Below are positions 29,829 to 41,998 of a DNA stretch of 64,000 nt, one piece after another. The notes below the pieces were generated by a model. That model did not search any database. It saw nothing but the letters and a program-made list of their open reading frames with translations, and was not told the origin of the DNA. The stretch is from Trypanosoma brucei (taxonomy: Eukaryota). The stretch's first letter is position 1; each line of letters begins with the position of its first letter. The stretch spans positions 1,216,001 through 1,280,000 of the forward strand of contig CP000066.1 of assembly GCA_000002445.1 (NCBI GenBank), read 5' to 3'. The translations under genes were made by a program, and so were the position numbers.

Positions 29829-30869
29829 TTACCGTTTGGCCCTTCCTCTTTTCTGCGGTCCAGTTTTCTTTGGAGATGTTTTTTTCTTAGATGTGCTATG
29901 GTGTTCCAAAATTGCCTTGACGCAATTCGTCCTGTTCAGCCCCTTCTTAAGACCCAACTCTCCCTTGGCGAACGCAACAAGTTCAGACGCGAGGTAGTGG
30001 TTTCGCAGTTCGAACTCGGTAATTTCCGGATCGTACAACTTCCGCCGTAATTCCCGCACGATCGCTTTGGGGATGACAGATGGATTTTCAAGCATAAACG
30101 TAGCGACGTTCTCGCTTGTTAGCAGTACCTCCTCGTTGTTTTCATTTTCTTGATCTCTCTCAGTATCCTCTTCTTCTTCAGCGTTGACTGCCTCGCAGCA
30201 CTGCTCATATGAAGCTATGAGCCAATCCACCATGTCACTCTCTTTTGCTTCATTACCATATGAAGGTGGAAAAACAACATCGATGATGAAATCCTCTACT
30301 GCATTGGGGAGCTCAGCAGCCCTACCGCGTGCCGCCTCCAGCACCTCAGGTTTAACACCGCACGCCACCACGAGGGCGTCATTTTCTTTATGGCTTCTGC
30401 CATTCATCCATCCATCGATGGCGTCGATAAGAAACTGCTCGGATATTTTCACACTGCCGCTGCTAACCTTTTCGTTGCCATCCGTGTTGAGTGCGACGGC
30501 CTCCTGCAAACGCAACCGAGCCCACACCGGTAAAGCGCTGTCAACAACTTCGTCAAATTCCTGCAGTGACGGAGGCTTTAGAACCCCTTCACCAAATACG
30601 GTGGGAGTTTCATTGGGATCCCCCACCAATAGAAGCAACTGCTCCCGCTCCTTTTCATCAGCGAAGAGACGTGTGATGTTGGCGCGTAATGCGTGGAGGC
30701 CGCTGCGCAGGATGTTGTGCATCACAGTCCCGGCACCAACCGTCCGATCGGGGTTTATGAAGGTGCCGTCACTTTTTAAGTCATTTGCGTGGGAAAAACG
30801 CTGAAGGCCAACGACATCCAGAAAAGCAAGTAGTCGAAAGAGTGGGTTATCCTTCCATTTCTCTATCAT
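29829..30869 (-). CDS. Hypothetical protein with acidic tract and basic C-terminal tail (possible DEK-C/SAP-like DNA-binding end)
   Basis: 346-aa ORF. It has an acidic stretch (EEEEDTERDQENENNEE) and the segment IPKAIVRELRRKLYDPEITEFELRNHYLASELVAFAKGELGLKKGL. The tail KKKTSPKKTGPQKRGRAKR is AT-hook-like. Confidence 0.4.
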   Translation of the reverse strand: MIEKWKDNPLFRLLAFLDVVGLQRFSHANDLKSDGTFINPDRTVGAGTVMHNILRSGLHALRANITRLFADEKEREQLLLLVGDPNETPTVFGEGVLKPPSLQEFDEVVDSALPVWARLRLQEAVALNTDGNEKVSSGSVKISEQFLIDAIDGWMNGRSHKENDALVVACGVKPEVLEAARGRAAELPNAVEDFIIDVVFPPSYGNEAKESDMVDWLIASYEQCCEAVNAEEEEDTERDQENENNEEVLLTSENVATFMLENPSVIPKAIVRELRRKLYDPEITEFELRNHYLASELVAFAKGELGLKKGLNRTNCVKAILEHHSTSKKKTSPKKTGPQKRGRAKR

Positions 30870-31752
30870 TTACTTTTCCACCTCCACCTCCAGTTCAGAA
30901 TCAATCCTACGAGTGTTTGAGTGTACAGCTCCAAAAAGGAAAGCGATATCAGGACAACAAATTGCTTCCTTTTACCTACTACTGGAGGGTTGGGTTTATG
31001 ACGAACCCTCCCTCCCAATAGTTTTTTTAAAAAAAAGGTGGAGGCAAAAAAAAAAAAACCAGTAACAAAACCAACAAAAGTAATAAGGAGAAACAGAAGC
31101 ACTTCGAAAGTCCCGGTTCTTTCTTTTCTTTTTCACACTACTTACACTATCAATGGGTGACGTTTACCAGTTGTGGTGCGTATGCGCAGAAGTTTCTCGG
31201 ATAAAGGGGCGATGTTTCAAACTTTCTATTTGTTTTTTTTTACCTGTTTGTGTCGGAAAATGACCCTCACAAACACCTGTTCATTTAAACGCACTTAACG
31301 TGAACGGCAACGTCCTTGAATGGACACAAAACCAAAAACGAAAAGAAAGTAGAAGAGACCTTTAGCCATGTTTATAGAACACCAACAACTTTTGTCGTGG
31401 AACTCCCTTACTTCTCACTGAGGATACAGTATCATCCAAGGCTTCTTCTGTCTCACGGTCTTCTTTTATCTTTTTCTTTTATATTTGTTTCACCATAATA
31501 ATGTGTATATTTCCTCAGTCCTCCTAACACAGCCTTTTCTTCACTCCACTTCACCTTTTTTTCATATATATATATATTTGTACGCATCTTTCCCCCCTTT
31601 TTCCAGTCACCACATGTGTTTAGTAATCTCACCCAAACGTATGTCTTGCCCATCCTGTGATTAGACAAAAACAAAAACAAAAAGAGAAGAGAAAAAAGAC
31701 ACCACCACCGCCAGCTGCTGCTACCATCCCAACAACAGCACGGAAGAAGATA

Positions 31753-32361
31753 TTACGAATTGCGACTTATTTCTTCCGTTCTCAACGCAACCAATTGATA
31801 ACGGTGCAGCGGATTGTGAAGCACAACTATTCGTCTAGACCGTGACGTCTCAGAACACATGTTAGCACTACCGTCGTTACAACCATCATTTGCTTTATCA
31901 TTCCGAGAGACGCCTTCACGCTCTCGACATCGTTTCCGCTGCGTGACGAGCGGCTGGGTTGGGAACAACACCCCCGTCTTTTTGTCCCTCAGCATCGCGT
32001 TGCCTTGTGTGCATATCCTTGCCAAATCTACAAACCACTGCTTCGCTGCCACTTCCTTTCCATTGGGGCCCGTGTATATTCCACACACAGCGCCATAAAA
32101 GAGTGGAACCTCCATGTCATCACTTACACGTGTCTCCACCTTAATAGTTTTCCGAGGGCGTGAATGCAGGAGATCCGGAAGCAGAAGTGAATCGGGCGAT
32201 ACATTTGTCACCACACATTTCATGCGGAGCAGAACCGGTGACATGGGGATCGCCTGGCAGTTAACGATTGTTTCGGTAAGCTCAACCGGTGTATATTTTA
32301 AGCGGGTTAGCTGGGAAGTTGGTGGTGGGTTCGCTTCGTTATATTGGGGAGAGCACCGCAT
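31753..32361 (-). CDS. Hypothetical protein, 202 aa
   Basis: Intact ORF in the transcribed orientation. No motif was recognised. Confidence 0.35.
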   Translation of the reverse strand: MRCSPQYNEANPPPTSQLTRLKYTPVELTETIVNCQAIPMSPVLLRMKCVVTNVSPDSLLLPDLLHSRPRKTIKVETRVSDDMEVPLFYGAVCGIYTGPNGKEVAAKQWFVDLARICTQGNAMLRDKKTGVLFPTQPLVTQRKRCREREGVSRNDKANDGCNDGSANMCSETSRSRRIVVLHNPLHRYQLVALRTEEISRNS

Positions 32362-32830
32362 TCGTTAAACGTCTTCACATTAAATATGCGTTTCCCTAAA
32401 ACGGACGAAACTAACAAACTTGGCGTCTTTAGTTTTATATTATTGTTGCTTTTGTTGTTGTTATTATTATTATTACTGTTGTTGCTGTGGTTCGACCCCC
32501 TCCCCCCGAAAAAAAAACAAAAAAGAGGTTAAAACACTTATTCAATTCCGTGAGTGGTACAACGGGCGTGCGTGAAGAAGGGGAGCGAAGGGAGATGGAG
32601 GGCGATGCGGTGATGAGTTCCACTGCAACACGGTACGGCTCTAAAGTGAGAAGAAGGAGAGAATTTGCATATTTAAAGTAACGCAAAAACACCAGCAACA
32701 TATGTGAAGCAACAAGTTACAATGAGACATCCATGCGGAGATCAATACACTCAACAACAACACGTTATGAGGGGCTGGGAAGAGAAACTAAGCGGTACCA
32801 AACCACTTCCGACTGTAGGACTCACACATA

Positions 32831-34132
32831 TTACCAAAAGGGAACACTTTCATATCCCTCCGCTCCTGCTAAGTGTTTCATGCTGAAGAGAGCTGCCAGG
32901 AACGTCTTGCGCTGCACCTTGCCATTCACATAACCAAAGAAGTAACTCACAATATCCCCAATTGTCACCTTATCCAAGTTACGTATTTGACGCAGCAGCG
33001 CATCGTCGGTTGCGCTCATGGGAATGACTGCTCCCACTTCGTCAAGGTCCCCCGACTCACTACAGCGCCGGCGCTTTTCAGCGTTAAGCATCGCCGTGGT
33101 TCCACAAAGTGCTGACCACACACTATCATACCGCTGTTGCGCGTTTGGATGATCGGCAACTTCCGATACCGCCAAAACCACGCGCAGCACTTCACGCAGT
33201 TGCATGTATTCACGAGCTACAGCAGCGGCTCTCTGCCAACACCGCTTCAAGAGTTTGTACTTTCCGTTGAGGGACTCGATATTGTCTGACTGCATGCGTG
33301 CCGTAAAGGAGGTTAAGAACCGCCTCGGGATTGTTCTGTTCGCTATTGTTTGCAGCACAACCCACCCTTGATCATGTTCCTCTTCCACGACAGTTGCCCG
33401 CAGTAAATCTCGCACGCTTTCAAGATCTGCGACCTCAGTGCACCACATGCGCTTCTTAACAGCCTGCAACGCCACTAAAAGACCCGTAAGTGCAAATCGT
33501 GAGTCCGCATTTTCTACGATGTCTGCGAACAAACGCAAATCCTGAATTACCTCTTCACATCGGTCTGTCACCCACTGGTATAGTTTTTCTTGTGAAATTA
33601 CTTGGCTCGAGATGGCAGCTGTGTTCAACACATCATACTCATCCGAGACCCCAGCTCTCGCTGAAGAAAGAGGGACCGGTATGGAGTTTATGGCAGCGTA
33701 CATTCGCAGTAGTGAGTCGTTGAAAAGGGTTTGCCTCAAAGTGTAAGGGTGCTGCAAATAAACACGCTCAGTGAAGTGTCTCCACAACACAATGTTTTCT
33801 GATGTGGTAAAGGCATGAAAGAAACAGTTGATTGTTCCTAGCGAGAGCACCTCGCGCACGGACATGAACTCCGCACAACGTAAAAGAACATCATACGGCA
33901 GGTCCTGAAAGCGGTGTCGCGTGGCCGAACTGCAAGACGACGATGGCCCCGGTTCATCAGGACATTCCTTTCCCTGGTTCTGTTGTTCAGCTATCATCGC
34001 ATGCCCCTCCTCGTACGATAAGAACGGCACAACAACAATTAGAACAAATCTTTCAATAATAACAGGGAGAAACGGAGAAAGACAAAGGGAAGAAGGGATG
34101 CAATGGCGACCGCTGGCAAATGGACGATGCAA
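32831..34132 (-). CDS. F-box domain protein
   Basis: RFQDLPYDVLLRCAEFMSVREVLSLGTINCFFH fits the F-box consensus (LP-D-LL-I...L....L......VCK-W). A probable start is the internal Met (MIAEQQNQ...). Confidence 0.55.
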   Translation of the reverse strand: MHRPFASGRHCIPSSLCLSPFLPVIIERFVLIVVVPFLSYEEGHAMIAEQQNQGKECPDEPGPSSSCSSATRHRFQDLPYDVLLRCAEFMSVREVLSLGTINCFFHAFTTSENIVLWRHFTERVYLQHPYTLRQTLFNDSLLRMYAAINSIPVPLSSARAGVSDEYDVLNTAAISSQVISQEKLYQWVTDRCEEVIQDLRLFADIVENADSRFALTGLLVALQAVKKRMWCTEVADLESVRDLLRATVVEEEHDQGWVVLQTIANRTIPRRFLTSFTARMQSDNIESLNGKYKLLKRCWQRAAAVAREYMQLREVLRVVLAVSEVADHPNAQQRYDSVWSALCGTTAMLNAEKRRRCSESGDLDEVGAVIPMSATDDALLRQIRNLDKVTIGDIVSYFFGYVNGKVQRKTFLAALFSMKHLAGAEGYESVPFW

Positions 34133-34218
34133 CAGGCCTCTGTGAAGAAAATATTATAAGAAGTATATGCACACGTATGCGCACTTTCATTCGCTTGAAA
34201 AAGTACATACGCGACATA

Positions 34219-34220
<2 letters not shown>

Positions 34221-34254
<34 letters not shown>
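34221..34254. repeat. (CA)17 microsatellite
   Basis: A direct dinucleotide run is visible. Confidence 0.95.
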
Positions 34255-34257
<3 letters not shown>

Positions 34258-35152
34258 TACGTATTCTCTTACTCGACAAACCTCTCATAACCCAAAGGAG
34301 GTGGCATAATAACGCAGCCTCTATCTCAGGCATTGTCAATGTGCTACGCGTATTAGTGTAACGCAAGAAAAGCACCAGAATCAAGGCCTTCCAACGTGTA
34401 ATTCCCGTGTACCTTGTCCAGCTGTTCGCTCCGTATATAAGTTTTTATGAACTGCACATCCTTTTCCATCCAGATAGGTGTGGAAGGCGGTGAATTACAG
34501 CGCGGGAACACTTTTGCGGTATTCCCTCCGCACATGTTCCTTAACAATGCCTACACACACATACATGCACACACACGCTAAGACGTGAACCGAACTAAAG
34601 CAAGCAAACACATGGGGGAGAGGGAAAGACAAAAAAAGAAACGAATGTAAATGCGTACATGAAGTGCGGTTGAACAAGGTCGCATGTAGAAAGGGATACG
34701 TATACATACGCCGTCACGTATTTTAGGGCTTGTTACAAACACTTTGCCCCACCGCATTAACGCTGTCGGTAGCAGCACATTCACGAACGCCGTGTTAGTG
34801 TGTGTGTGTGTGTGTGGGAAGGGAAGCCTAAAAAGCAGTTGAGAGAGCATGCTGGTAGCAGATTTGATGTACCTTGTAATAATACGTACACATAAGCCAG
34901 CTGCGTATTCGTACAAGACAAAAAAAACGGAAGGGAAACCGCGTGCAAGGTGTTGATAACACATTCCTTCCTTTACCCGCCGTCACACCATGGACACATG
35001 GCAAGGCAAAGTGCTCGATCACAGCATATGAAGGATACTAATGTTGTTGTTGCTGTCGTTGGTGTTCGTGAACGAATGATGCCTAAACAGACAAATAAAG
35101 AAATATACAAACTCATTTATTAGAGGTTTCTACAACTACAAGGTGTTCTTGC

Positions 35153-36634
35153 CTACCGCTGCTCGCGATTTTCGTATGCCCAAAATGAAAGACAGTCAAT
35201 CAAAAGAGCTACGAAAAGCCCCGCCTGTGGGGCCTTAACAAACTCTTCCCGCGTGATGCGTAGGGGCTCTGCGGTTGGAATGAGATCAAACACCTCCTGC
35301 ACGACCGTCTCCCGCGATGGCATCTCCAGCCCGGCTTCAACCAGTTTGGAATGAGTTTCCCTAAAAAAAGAGTTGACGTGAACAGGTCTCAGGACGCCGC
35401 AACCCTCAATGTCTAGTATATTCCAGAAGAAAAGCGGTCGCTGACAGGCGGGGAGAAATTCCACGGCTATAACAAAGTCAACAAACTTCCTAAAATCTAA
35501 CTCAGAACACGCCATCATTACGCTTGTTTCGAAGAATCTGTCAATGAAAAGAGAAGAAAGCGGGCCGACGCCGCGAGGGAGACCGTCATCTCTTACGGTG
35601 GGGAGGCCCTTTTTGTAAAGCTTCATGTTCGCAGCATTGAGAGTGCCTTGGTTGCGCGTGTCGAGGAGCAGAAACTTGTCATACAAGTGTGAGGTAATGG
35701 CTGCACTAAACCAATTGCGTGGCAGGTCTTCACGCATCAACTGTAAACTCACCCATTCATCCATTAGAGGGCTCTGCAAAAGTGCGTCAATGCGTATGGT
35801 GCCTCTCATACCAGGATCTAGAGCCCAAAATATGCGCCGACTCACTGCACAACAGTAAAAAGGTAAAATGTCGTTGCTGATGTCGCGGAGTGCATCAACT
35901 CGCGACACCAAATCCCGTACATAGCTCTCGAGCTCATCTTCCGTGAGGCGCCCATCATTGTTGGTATCCCACATGAGGAGCTCAGCCTCACATTTGACGA
36001 GTGACACCTGCTTTGCGAACCGTTGGTAAATATGTGCCACTTCCACGCCACCCGCATGAGAACGTGGACATGAAAGAAACAACTGCAACGACGGACGGGG
36101 CCTCTTTGCCACACCAACGTACATCACTTCATCCAACGGAGTGGTGTCGACGGGGCACTCCTGCTGGGCTGAGCGAACCGATATTTCCCGACACGGTGAA
36201 GTCTTGGGAGTTGGTTCGAAACGCTGCCCTTGCCAAACCTTAAGTTTGTTCATGATTTCTGTGAATTCCGAGATAGTAACCGTTTGCTTCGATTTATCTG
36301 CGGTGAGCAGTGACCACAGTTTTACCTGCATCTCGTCCAGTTGCTCAATATCTCTAAAGCGGAGATTGAGCTCAAACGCTTTGCTGGTGACTCTCAAGTG
36401 CTGCAACACATCCTCGGCGGAGGGATCACGTGTGCGGAGGTAAATTGCAGGGATGAATGATTTTTCTTCCGCCCTCCACGCCTTCTGCGCCTCCTTATTG
36501 ATTCGTGCAACCTCCTGCCTCCGTGAATCGTCATCCACATCGCCAGACGTCGACGCATTGTTTGCCGCCCGCTTAAATGCCTTCACTAGCGCGGGATCCA
36601 CCGTTGGTAACCCCTGTGATAGTGCCAACATCAC
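35153..36634 (-). CDS. Protein phosphatase 2A regulatory subunit B'' (PR72/PR70-like, EF-hand)
   Basis: It has an EF-hand loop (DTNNDGRLTEDELESY) and a second pseudo-EF region (FFWNILDIEGCGVLRPVHVNSFF), as in the PR72 family. The ORF is 493 aa. Confidence 0.6.
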   Translation of the reverse strand: MMLALSQGLPTVDPALVKAFKRAANNASTSGDVDDDSRRQEVARINKEAQKAWRAEEKSFIPAIYLRTRDPSAEDVLQHLRVTSKAFELNLRFRDIEQLDEMQVKLWSLLTADKSKQTVTISEFTEIMNKLKVWQGQRFEPTPKTSPCREISVRSAQQECPVDTTPLDEVMYVGVAKRPRPSLQLFLSCPRSHAGGVEVAHIYQRFAKQVSLVKCEAELLMWDTNNDGRLTEDELESYVRDLVSRVDALRDISNDILPFYCCAVSRRIFWALDPGMRGTIRIDALLQSPLMDEWVSLQLMREDLPRNWFSAAITSHLYDKFLLLDTRNQGTLNAANMKLYKKGLPTVRDDGLPRGVGPLSSLFIDRFFETSVMMACSELDFRKFVDFVIAVEFLPACQRPLFFWNILDIEGCGVLRPVHVNSFFRETHSKLVEAGLEMPSRETVVQEVFDLIPTAEPLRITREEFVKAPQAGLFVALLIDCLSFWAYENREQR

Positions 36635-37024
36635 CCACCTGCACTAATACAACTCAGCTACTTCACACGTCTCCACCCCGCTGATAAGGCAGGGGGGGGG
36701 GAAAGTAATATCGACACACCAAAACCAAAATGGCGTCAAGTGAACGCTGTCCGTCAAAAGGCTAACGGTAAGGATGAAGTGGTAGAGAAAGGGACCGGTT
36801 TTGTCATTGCCATTCACAGTGTTACTTTTAGAGATAGGTGAAAATGTTTCCTCCGAAAAAGAAAAAAAAAGAAGATCCCACACACTACCGCACAACCCTG
36901 GGAGAGGCGAATACCAAAACGCACCCGCCTTGTCATCCACATGAAATAACCAACATCACCCCTAGGAGGGGTTCCATTCACCCACATTTCAGCCCACGCT
37001 CCAGAGGTTATCGCACACATTCCA

Positions 37025-37585
37025 TCAAATCGCGATCCACTTCAATGAGCATCGCTCTTCGGCGTGTTTCCTCAGAAACTCATGCGTTCGCTCAGCACAG
37101 ATTCGATCCACGTATTCTCGTAGGAAGAATGGCGCCACCGCTGTAATGGGTATGAACAACAGTAACTGCCTTCGGAACAGATATTTCGTCCTCTCACGCT
37201 CCGCAGCAAGTCGTTGGAGTTGTTTTTGTGTTGCCACAACTGCTTCATCTGAGGCCCTACACCACGCCTGCAGTTCACTCACGTATTGATTAACATACGC
37301 GCCATACGGTGTGCCTACAACAGCGGTAGGAGCTATGCATCTAAGCGGTACGATGTTTGATGGCTGGTAGTACATTGTCTGTGCTGCAGCTGTTCTTTGA
37401 ACCCGCAACAATTTGTTTGCTCTCGCCCATATATCTTTTCGCAACGCGAGGAGTGAACCCCCTAATGCCATCCTACAGTACGCAAACGATGAATGGATAT
37501 CAAAGAGAGAGGGGAGAAAAAGGAGAGAGGAAAAAAACAACAACAACAGAAAATTCCCCTCTCCCCAAACAAAGCAAACCCACAC
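37025..37585 (-). CDS. Small hypothetical protein (probable start at internal Met, ~148 aa) with C-terminal hydrophobic segment
   Basis: ORF in the transcribed orientation between two confident genes. The N-terminal 38 residues of the ORF are low complexity and probably 5' UTR. Confidence 0.3.
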   Translation of the reverse strand: MWVCFVWGEGNFLLLLFFSSLLFLPSLFDIHSSFAYCRMALGGSLLALRKDIWARANKLLRVQRTAAAQTMYYQPSNIVPLRCIAPTAVVGTPYGAYVNQYVSELQAWCRASDEAVVATQKQLQRLAAERERTKYLFRRQLLLFIPITAVAPFFLREYVDRICAERTHEFLRKHAEERCSLKWIAI

Positions 37586-38393
37586 TGCAGTGTTTACACG
37601 TAACTACATGTGTAATATGTTCGTCACAGAGGTGACATAAAGATCGCTCATCATAAAGTCGTAGAAGTTACAATGCATTTCCCATCAGTTGCACGAACTT
37701 GGGTGTGTACTAAGCCGATACCAAGAAAGGGGAAATGGACGGGTAGAGGAGGTGTGTGTGTGTGTGTGGAGGGAGGCAATCAGAGTTGTGTTAAGCTTTG
37801 ATTCATCGTTTCACATCAGAAAAATAGATGCGTAAAATTTGGCATTTGGACATCATAGAAGCTTTGGAACTACTACGGAGCATATTTTTTCCTTTTTTTT
37901 TCTCGTGCAGGAAGTGAGCTTTGGTATTCAGCAGCTAAACTAACATGTGACAACCAATGAGCAGCCGAAAGGAGCAAGGTTCTCGTGCTACATTGTAAGA
38001 TGTTACCGTGCCCCGCGTTCATTTCCCCATCGAGTTTCACGACGGCTTGCATATTCGCTTCGAACACATCAAAGAGTGAAGACCTCCCGCCCTAAAAACG
38101 ATAAGAGGAAAGAGAGACCAAGCAATAGAAACAAAAAAAATAGGGCAAAGATAGCTTACGCACGCATGTGCCTCTAGGAACAGGAAATAACAGGTGGGGA
38201 CGTGCTAAGACCGCGTAACATTTCGTTCCGCTTCTTACTTACAGTGAGTGCAGCTGTTCCCGGAATGGGGAGTCACGAGAAAAGGTAACAAAGCGACTAC
38301 GGAGAACGCGTTTGGAGAAACAAACTTCGGGGTTGCGCAACCCCGCAAAACTGTAACCGAAACGCGCTTTTAGGTATCCGCACGGGTTCGCTT

Positions 38394-40232
38394 TCAAACA
38401 TAGTCCCGGTTCATAACGATATTCATCTCATGCTTCCAATATTTCCTTCTTATGTCATCTTCAACGAATAGACGCCGTGCCAGCCGCAGTGCCTGGAGCT
38501 CAGCTTCCAGGAAGAACTTTACACAGTCGTCCGATTGCTGTTGCGCAAGTGCAGCGGCCTCCGCATCCCCCCCAGCGTAAACTTCTGGTGGAAGAGCGGC
38601 GGCCACATTCTCCCTATCACTCACTGTAAAGTAACAACGCCACATGTACTCAAGTATCGTAAACAAACAACGGTAACGTGCCGTGTACACTTGATGTGTA
38701 TTGTCCAGCAAAAACTGAGAGCGACGTTTGCGAATAACGGAGATTGTCGCATCGTCGCGTCCCTCCCCGCCACTGCGGAACTCTTCTGCACGTGGCGTTA
38801 TGACGTCGCTCAATACATTCACTTGACATAAGAGGAGGCGGAAGGTTTCAAGGAATGCTCCCCACCGGAGTTTGTCCCGTAAATTCATGTGACGAAGAGA
38901 TGAGGAGCCCGCAACTTGGATGATCTCATCATCACGGAGGAAAACGTGTGGTGCATCTTCGTGTGAGGATAGACATAGATGAATTGCAACAGCTTGGTGC
39001 AAAACAGCAACGCAGCGTGCATGCACAAATGACGATTCGTTGCAGGGCTCGTAGGCACACCATTGAAGGGCGTAAAACATTTCACATTCGCACAGCCGTT
39101 TCAGTATCAACTTCGCCTCTTCCGTCTGTTGTGGCGGGATCACACGAATTAGTGGCACGATGAGGTCATGTTCAAATACGTAAAAACGATGGCACCATGC
39201 TGAGTTGTTCATGCAATCATGCAAAATGCGTTTCGCTGTACTCGTGAGCTCATCACTCAAGGGGCATTCCGGGATGATGGGCTGCAAGCACTTGTGTAGC
39301 CAATCTTCTTCTACCGTAAACGACCGAAAGGGTGCGGCGTGCAGTTCACTGTGTTTATCTTCAGTACCCTGATCTCCGCCTAATAATGAGTCCCACGAAG
39401 GTGGGTGGAGTAGGAAGGGAAACGAATGCACGAACCACGACCGGTACAACCATGCGTGATAGTTTTTGCTATCATCGTCCAATGCGGCGTCGCAAAATAC
39501 CCGCTCATCGATGTCAGAAAACTGCATGTTATGACAAGTAAGAAGGTAACCGTCGAAAGCGCTTCGTGACCCCGTTACTGCGGAGTTTGCATGCATTAGA
39601 GCCTCTCGCAGCATTTCCCCCCGATGATGCCACGCTTGGAAGTTTTTGGGATTCATCAACGCAAAGCGCTCCATTGCCTTCAGCTCCCAACGTATCGCCC
39701 TCCACACGCTGTACTCCCCCGTTGGGCCCTGCACGTCGCATTGCGCCGGCAGCCACTCCTGAATGACCTTCGCAAGACTGTCACTCTTGTCGCCACAACA
39801 TTGCTGGCCATTTTCCGCCATAAATGCATCTCGTGTGGATGTGAGAAGTCTCGAGGGCTGAAGAAAAACGTCGCGCCGGTCCTTCCATGCGGAATAGTGC
39901 GATGCGTTTTGCTGAATCACAAATGATGTCAGAAGCAGCCACTGCGGCGTGGAGGGACCAACGCGGGTACCCTTGAAGGTTACGCCAACGGCTCTATAAA
40001 TTCCCATCACGTAATCGAACTTCTTCGAGAAGACGGCGGGAGTCATGTTGGGGTGTTTTATCAAAGGGGTCTCCTCTTTTGGGGTAACGCCTGGGAAGAG
40101 GGCCTGCAGCGCATTAATATCGGAAAGCAGCGCCAACCTCTCATCTTCTGAGTTCAATGATGACGACGAGTAAGTGGATGGTAGCGATGATGATTGGCGG
40201 CTTTCTTCACTACGCACCGCGCTCTTATTCAT
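38394..40232 (-). CDS. Protein farnesyltransferase/geranylgeranyltransferase alpha subunit (expanded, 612 aa)
   Basis: It has repeated prenyltransferase-alpha motifs: NASHYSAWKDR, KNFQAWHHRGEM, KNYHAWLYRSW and NNSAWCHRFYVF (N-x-x-W-x-YR repeats). Confidence 0.75.
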   Translation of the reverse strand: MNKSAVRSEESRQSSSLPSTYSSSSLNSEDERLALLSDINALQALFPGVTPKEETPLIKHPNMTPAVFSKKFDYVMGIYRAVGVTFKGTRVGPSTPQWLLLTSFVIQQNASHYSAWKDRRDVFLQPSRLLTSTRDAFMAENGQQCCGDKSDSLAKVIQEWLPAQCDVQGPTGEYSVWRAIRWELKAMERFALMNPKNFQAWHHRGEMLREALMHANSAVTGSRSAFDGYLLTCHNMQFSDIDERVFCDAALDDDSKNYHAWLYRSWFVHSFPFLLHPPSWDSLLGGDQGTEDKHSELHAAPFRSFTVEEDWLHKCLQPIIPECPLSDELTSTAKRILHDCMNNSAWCHRFYVFEHDLIVPLIRVIPPQQTEEAKLILKRLCECEMFYALQWCAYEPCNESSFVHARCVAVLHQAVAIHLCLSSHEDAPHVFLRDDEIIQVAGSSSLRHMNLRDKLRWGAFLETFRLLLCQVNVLSDVITPRAEEFRSGGEGRDDATISVIRKRRSQFLLDNTHQVYTARYRCLFTILEYMWRCYFTVSDRENVAAALPPEVYAGGDAEAAALAQQQSDDCVKFFLEAELQALRLARRLFVEDDIRRKYWKHEMNIVMNRDYV

Positions 40233-41998
40233 TTTGTGGCTGCACCTGTAGGTCCCAGAGGGAGTCCAGCGTCCCTCTTCTGCAAGTTTCTTTCCCTAAA
40301 TAAATAAAGTACCAGCAACAAAAGAAAGGATTGGGGAGAGGGGGGGGGGGAGGAGGGTTAAAAAAAAAAAAAAGAGAAACGAACCAAAATGGTAACCCTC
40401 AGAAGTGAGGAGGGGAACAGCACAATAAGAATTCTAGATTTTCTTCGATATAAAAATAAAGACCGCAAACAACACACCAGCGGCAAAAAAAGAGGAAATC
40501 AAAAAAAAAAAAAGATCAAAAAAGTCAAATTACTCAAACCTGCACCGATTCCTTTCTTCGAGATATGAAAAAATGAGAAAGATAAAAGAAAGAAAAAATT
40601 GAATGCCGGGCAGTTGAGGGTGTGGGTCTCCCCAGCGCCCCTCAAGAAAAAAAAATAATGATCAAGCGAATACATTGACAGGGTCACTTTTCATAGTTCC
40701 ACACAGGTCTTCTTTTTTTTCTTTTTTTCCTATTTTCCTCCCCGTTGAAAAGGAAGAAAAAAAAATGTACATGTATGTGTTGCATTCTTCTTCTTTTTTT
40801 TCCTCTCCATTTTTCTTTGGTTTCACTTCAAATTATTAATGTCGGTAGGTTTCGCGATCGAGCACCACGAGATGAGTGCAGACAGACAGGATCAAAGCCA
40901 GAAAAAAAAATGTTTAATCAAAGTTAAGGCTGTAATGAAAATGATAAAAATAGGAATAATAAAAAATGATCTTAATAAGTGGTAATGATTATCACCAACA
41001 CAAATAGAAAATTAAAAATAAAAGAAAAGACACGGTGGCTCCGATATGTATCAAACGGAACTCCCGCTCGAAACGTGAGTTGTCTCCGGGAGGCAAAACA
41101 AAAAAAAAAAGAACACGGATGTCATTCCATGTGATATCAAATGAAAATAGGACTCCTTCTCTCATGCATATTTGTCTGAGACCTTTTATAATAACGTTTA
41201 CACTGTAAAAAGCACATATACACACACATATATATATTTATATATTTGAAACGAAAGAAAAAAGCGGAAAGTAAACTAAACATAATTATACAAATATCAC
41301 CCATGCTATTGCATCACATAAACCACACGTGGGAGTGACACGCCACCCATCTTCTCTTTTCTTCCTTCTTCAATCACATTCCTTCACTTTTTTTATTTTT
41401 TTTTCTCCCTAACAAGTGCTAATAGGCGGTTATTTCGCGTTCAGAAGAGTGCAATAACAAATAGTATTAAATATAGTTGTATTGGCAATTATCATCACTT
41501 TCTATTTATCTGCTTCCACTCCCCTCCTTATTTTACTTATTCCTTTACTTAATTTAATGTGGCTTCACACCGACTCACCGCTAATATCTATTTTAAACTA
41601 TGCAGTACCCCCTTCTCCCCATTTCTTCTTCTTATTTTTGTTTTCTCGTTCCATACCTTTTGCAGCTGCCCCTTTCACCGCTTTCATATTACTTCAATTT
41701 TTCTTAAATTCATATTTGTGAAACCCATTGAGTTCTTAACTACACCTTCACAACCTTTCATCATTTTGTTTGTTTGTTTCACGCGGCACCCGCCAGCGTT
41801 CCCCCTGTTCATTTATATGATACGGTAAAGATAAAAATCCCTTGAATGAGGGTTTACGTTGTGCACATATATTTATATTTATATATGCCGTTGTGCCATT
41901 TCCCGACACCTGCGCGAAGGCACGGCTGTACATCTGCCAGCAGCAGTAATAATAATGCACAATGCGGGAAGGAATGATTAATGACGCTCCAACGGGCA